This document shows positions 60,889 through 64,000 of a stretch of DNA of 64,000 nt, in pieces. The position numbers and the translations under genes are program-made. The notes beneath the pieces are model-generated. The model was not told where the DNA came from, did no database searches, and saw only the letters and a program-made list of their open reading frames with translations. Where the stretch lies: the NCBI GenBank assembly GCA_963815455.1, contig CAWFGO010000003.1, positions 96,001 to 160,000 of the forward strand. Direction: 5' to 3'. This DNA is from an uncultured Verrucomicrobiae bacterium (GTDB lineage Bacteria; Verrucomicrobiota; Verrucomicrobiia; Chthoniobacterales; UBA10450). Each line of letters opens with the position of its first letter. Position 1 is the first letter of the stretch.

Positions 60889-61803
60889 ATGATTTCCTTT
60901 TCCACATGCTGGAATTCCGGCCGCCACACCGCCGGCGACGAAATGCTGCGCGAGATCAAAGGCGAGCTCGGGTTCGACCTGGTTGAACTGGGTCACGGCA
61001 TCCGTATCTCGCTCATGCCCGGCATTCAAAAAATGTTCGAGGCCGGCCAGATCAAGTTCAGTAGTCTGCACAATTTTTGTCCGTTGCCGGTCGAGGTCAT
61101 GGCCGCCTCGCCCGATTGCTACCAATTCTCCTCAATCTATCCCCACGAGCGCGAGCGGGCGGTGAAGCAAACTTTCCAGACGATCGATTTCGCCGAGCGA
61201 CTCGGGGCGCCTTTCATTGTGATGCATCTGGGCGAAGTCTCCATGCAACCAATTACCGATTCACTGATCGCCCTTGCAAAAAAAGGCGAACTCCTTTCCC
61301 GCAAGTATGTGCGGAAAAAAATTAAGGCGATAGAAAAGCGCGAATCGGCCGCGCCGCGTTATCTCGAGCGAGTGAAGGATTGCCTGAAACGGATCGCCGA
61401 ATATGCCGCTGGCAAGAAGATCAGGCTCGGACTGGAGGGCCGGCGCGGCTACGAGGAAATCCCGAGCGAACGCGAGCTGCCGGCGCTGCTCGACGAGCTT
61501 GACTCATCGCAATTCGGTTACTGGCACGATTTCGGACATATTCAGATCAAGGAAAACCTCTCTTTCCTCAATCACGAGGAATGGTTGAAAACAATTGGGC
61601 CGAGAGCGCTCGGAGCCCACGTGCAGGATTGCATCTGGCCGGCGCAGGATCATCAGCCGCCGTTTGCCGGCGATGTCGATCTTGCCAGACTGGTTCCGCT
61701 TCTCCCGCGCGATTGCACGTGGGTATGGGAGATGAGCCCGCGTAAAACGGTCGAAGAGATCTCGCGTTCAGTTGAACTTTGGAAGAAACACTTCGGTGAT
61801 TGA
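60889..61803 (+). CDS. Sugar phosphate isomerase/epimerase TIM-barrel protein
   Basis: LGLE, DFGH, HVQD and WE metal-ligand pattern. Confidence 0.85.
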   Translation: MISFSTCWNSGRHTAGDEMLREIKGELGFDLVELGHGIRISLMPGIQKMFEAGQIKFSSLHNFCPLPVEVMAASPDCYQFSSIYPHERERAVKQTFQTIDFAERLGAPFIVMHLGEVSMQPITDSLIALAKKGELLSRKYVRKKIKAIEKRESAAPRYLERVKDCLKRIAEYAAGKKIRLGLEGRRGYEEIPSERELPALLDELDSSQFGYWHDFGHIQIKENLSFLNHEEWLKTIGPRALGAHVQDCIWPAQDHQPPFAGDVDLARLVPLLPRDCTWVWEMSPRKTVEEISRSVELWKKHFGD

Positions 61804-61817
61804 AAGTCTCTGTTTAC

Positions 61818-63515
61818 CTATGGAATTGGAATCGATGTGCCGGCTTTCGATTTCACGATGGCGACGTCGGACGCAGAGATTAGGCCGCTGGCCGTTACAT
61901 CCGATCGGAAATTCAGGTTCGTGATCGCCTGGCCCAGTTGCGATCTGGTTTGGCTGATGTCGGATGAATCTACGGTGCTGTTAGCGGTTGTGTCGCCCAG
62001 CAGCACACGCATCGGAATTATGACGTTGTTGGCGTTCACTCCGTCACTGACATTTGAAAGTGTGAGGACGATCTGCTGAGCATTTGAGACCCCCGTGAGA
62101 TCGATCGTCGCTTGTGAACCGCTCACCAGTACGCTGCTCACAGTCCCTGTGCCAGTTGTGACGCTCGCGTTGCCGATCGTCACTGGTGTTGCGAACGTTG
62201 CAATCACTTGATGATTGGCGCTCGCGCCGCCACTCCGGCATTCCACTCCAGCACTGCCGCTGAGCGGAAGATCGACATCGAACGCGCCCGCTGCGCCGTG
62301 AATCTTCCGCGAAACGACACCAATTGGCGCCAGCGTGCCGCCGCGCTCAAAGGCGCCTTTGTCAGGCGCGCCATTGCGCAGGTAGTATCGCTGATCTTTT
62401 GTCGGGGCGTTCGGATCACCCGTGTCAATCGCCGGACTTCCCGGCAAAAGCGCGATTGTCTGCGTCGGCCCGCCATTGTTCTGCAATCCAGCCGGATCAA
62501 GCATCGGATCGGTATTGATCTGATCACCCGGCCCCATCAGATAACCTCCGCCGTCATCGCTGCTAAGGTTATAGCCGTCCGATGTGATCGTTCCACCGTT
62601 GTTGAAGATGTTTTGTCCCGATGCGCCGGCATCAAGTATCGTGTTGGAAATGTGCACCGCCGAACCGGCCAGGGCGCCGTAGATTCCGCCGCCCGAAGCG
62701 GCTGAGTTGCCGCTGATCGTGCTGCTGGCAATCGTCACGGATCCGATAGTGTTATAGATTCCGCCGCCCGAAGCGGCTGAGTTGCCGCTAATCGTGCTGT
62801 TGATAATTGTCAGACTACCGAAGCTGTTATAGATACCGCCGCCTTGCTGGCTGGACGAGTTGCCGCGGATTGTGCTGTTGCTAATCGTGATATTCGCCGA
62901 GCCCTCGAACGCCTCGGTATAGATTCCGGTACCCGAGTTGTCGCTCACCGTGCTATCGATGACGGTTACGCTCGCCGCTTCCATGAACGCTCGAGTGTAG
63001 ATGCCGTTCGCGTTGTTACTAATAATGCTGTTAGCGACGGTTAGCGATGCGCCAGGGACGGCTAGCGTGCCATCTGCGTTGTTGTAAAACCCCGAGTTGG
63101 CACCGACAACGCAGTTGCTCACGCTCAATGTGCTGTGCTCGTTTACGATCAGGCCGTTTTTAATGGTTAGGCCCGAAATCGTGACGGTCCGGTCCCCAGC
63201 CCCGGCCCAATTGATCCGAAACACAACGCTTTGTTGGTTGGCCTCAATCGAAAGTTGAGTGGCGCCAGGTCCCGATATGTTCACGTTTGTATTGACGTCA
63301 ATTCCTCCGCTCGTCAGGCTAATCGTCTGCCCTTTGAGCGCGGGATCGAAATTGATCGTGTCACCGTCGTTCGCATCGATGAGAGCCTGACGCAATGATC
63401 CAAGACCGCTGTCGTTGGTGTTGATAACGGTGAGCGTCGCCGCGTCGGCGCTTGCGTTGCACCATGCTGAGACCCAAATCACAGCAAAGATACTTAAACT
63501 GAACTGCCTCGACAT
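61818..63515 (-). CDS. Secreted beta-helix (choice-of-anchor Q-like) protein with a C-terminal dockerin-like module
   Basis: NDSGLGSLRQA; ISGNSAASGGGIY twice; NGGPTQT..GSPAID.G..DQR; SRKIHG...GDTTAN C-terminus. Confidence 0.85.
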   Translation of the reverse strand: MSRQFSLSIFAVIWVSAWCNASADAATLTVINTNDSGLGSLRQALIDANDGDTINFDPALKGQTISLTSGGIDVNTNVNISGPGATQLSIEANQQSVVFRINWAGAGDRTVTISGLTIKNGLIVNEHSTLSVSNCVVGANSGFYNNADGTLAVPGASLTVANSIISNNANGIYTRAFMEAASVTVIDSTVSDNSGTGIYTEAFEGSANITISNSTIRGNSSSQQGGGIYNSFGSLTIINSTISGNSAASGGGIYNTIGSVTIASSTISGNSAASGGGIYGALAGSAVHISNTILDAGASGQNIFNNGGTITSDGYNLSSDDGGGYLMGPGDQINTDPMLDPAGLQNNGGPTQTIALLPGSPAIDTGDPNAPTKDQRYYLRNGAPDKGAFERGGTLAPIGVVSRKIHGAAGAFDVDLPLSGSAGVECRSGGASANHQVIATFATPVTIGNASVTTGTGTVSSVLVSGSQATIDLTGVSNAQQIVLTLSNVSDGVNANNVIIPMRVLLGDTTANSTVDSSDISQTRSQLGQAITNLNFRSDVTASGLISASDVAIVKSKAGTSIPIP

Positions 63516-63628
63516 CTCTGTTTCGCCCAAGCCAAGCGGACATAGGGCCCTCACTCTTGCAAACTAGTACAATATGAAGTCCATTCGGCGGCGATGTCGA
63601 TCCTAAAAAACTGGAAGCGCTTCGGCGA

Positions 63629-64000
63629 ATGAAAAAGCTCCTGCTCACCCTTCTCCAGCTGGTTGTCACGGTTGCCCTACTGATTTGGGTTTATCACGAC
63701 CCGAACAAGCGAGCGCAGATGGCGGAGGCATTGAGCGAGGCGCATTATCGCTGGGTTGCGATCGCGATCCTCTGTTACATCATCGTGGAAGGTGCGGCCG
63801 CGTTTCGCTGGTGGGTCCTCCTAAAGGTTCAGGGAATCCATCTTGGCTTTTCGCGTTTGTCCGGGCTCTTCCTGATCGGCATGTTTTACAACCAGTTTCT
63901 TCCCGGCGGAACCGGCGGCGATATTATTAAGAGCTACTTTCTGCTCAAGGAAACGCCTAATAAGAAGGCCGGCGCCCTGCTCGCGGTCGTGTTCGATCGA
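63629..64000 (+). CDS. Lysylphosphatidylglycerol synthase TM (flippase-like) protein, partial
   Basis: Hand translation MKKLLLTLLQ...RWWVLL...FYNQFLPGGTGGD...VFDR. Confidence 0.85.
   Translation, partial: MKKLLLTLLQLVVTVALLIWVYHDPNKRAQMAEALSEAHYRWVAIAILCYIIVEGAAAFRWWVLLKVQGIHLGFSRLSGLFLIGMFYNQFLPGGTGGDIIKSYFLLKETPNKKAGALLAVVFDR

Noticed and set aside
62681..62800. Direct DNA repeat with a 75-bp period
   Set aside because: Explained by coding beta-helix repeats (ISGNSAASGGGIY).

Overview
64 kb of a GC-rich bacterial chromosome. Gene content and repeat style suggest a soil Verrucomicrobium (Chthoniobacterales/Spartobacteria-like; inference). It is mostly housekeeping: nuoB/C, cysD-cysNC, truA, ruvX, manC, leucine-catabolism-type genes, lysC, lnt, pgm, accD-folC, tlyA-nadK and clpB. 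Several single-base frameshifts look like assembly errors. Main points of interest: (1) A 3,066-bp IS1-family cargo transposon (49522-52587) with terminal inverted repeats and an 8-bp target duplication. It sits directly beside an orphan end of its own family and carries a HEPN (RxxxxH) protein and a small DNA-binding protein that shares a palindromic divergent promoter with the transposase. (2) Many GTAG-type REP palindromes, five of them in frame in the three domain linkers of a single-chain E1a-E1b-lipoyl-E2 2-oxoacid dehydrogenase. (3) A four-helix-bundle gene between cysD and cysNC, bracketed by inverted heptamer repeats. (4) Three secreted proteins sharing a C-terminal SRKxHG/dockerin-like module; two are tandem paralogs with nearly identical 3' DNA. 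(5) An ABC-2 permease fused to an amidohydrolase. I found no rRNA, full tRNA or CRISPR array.
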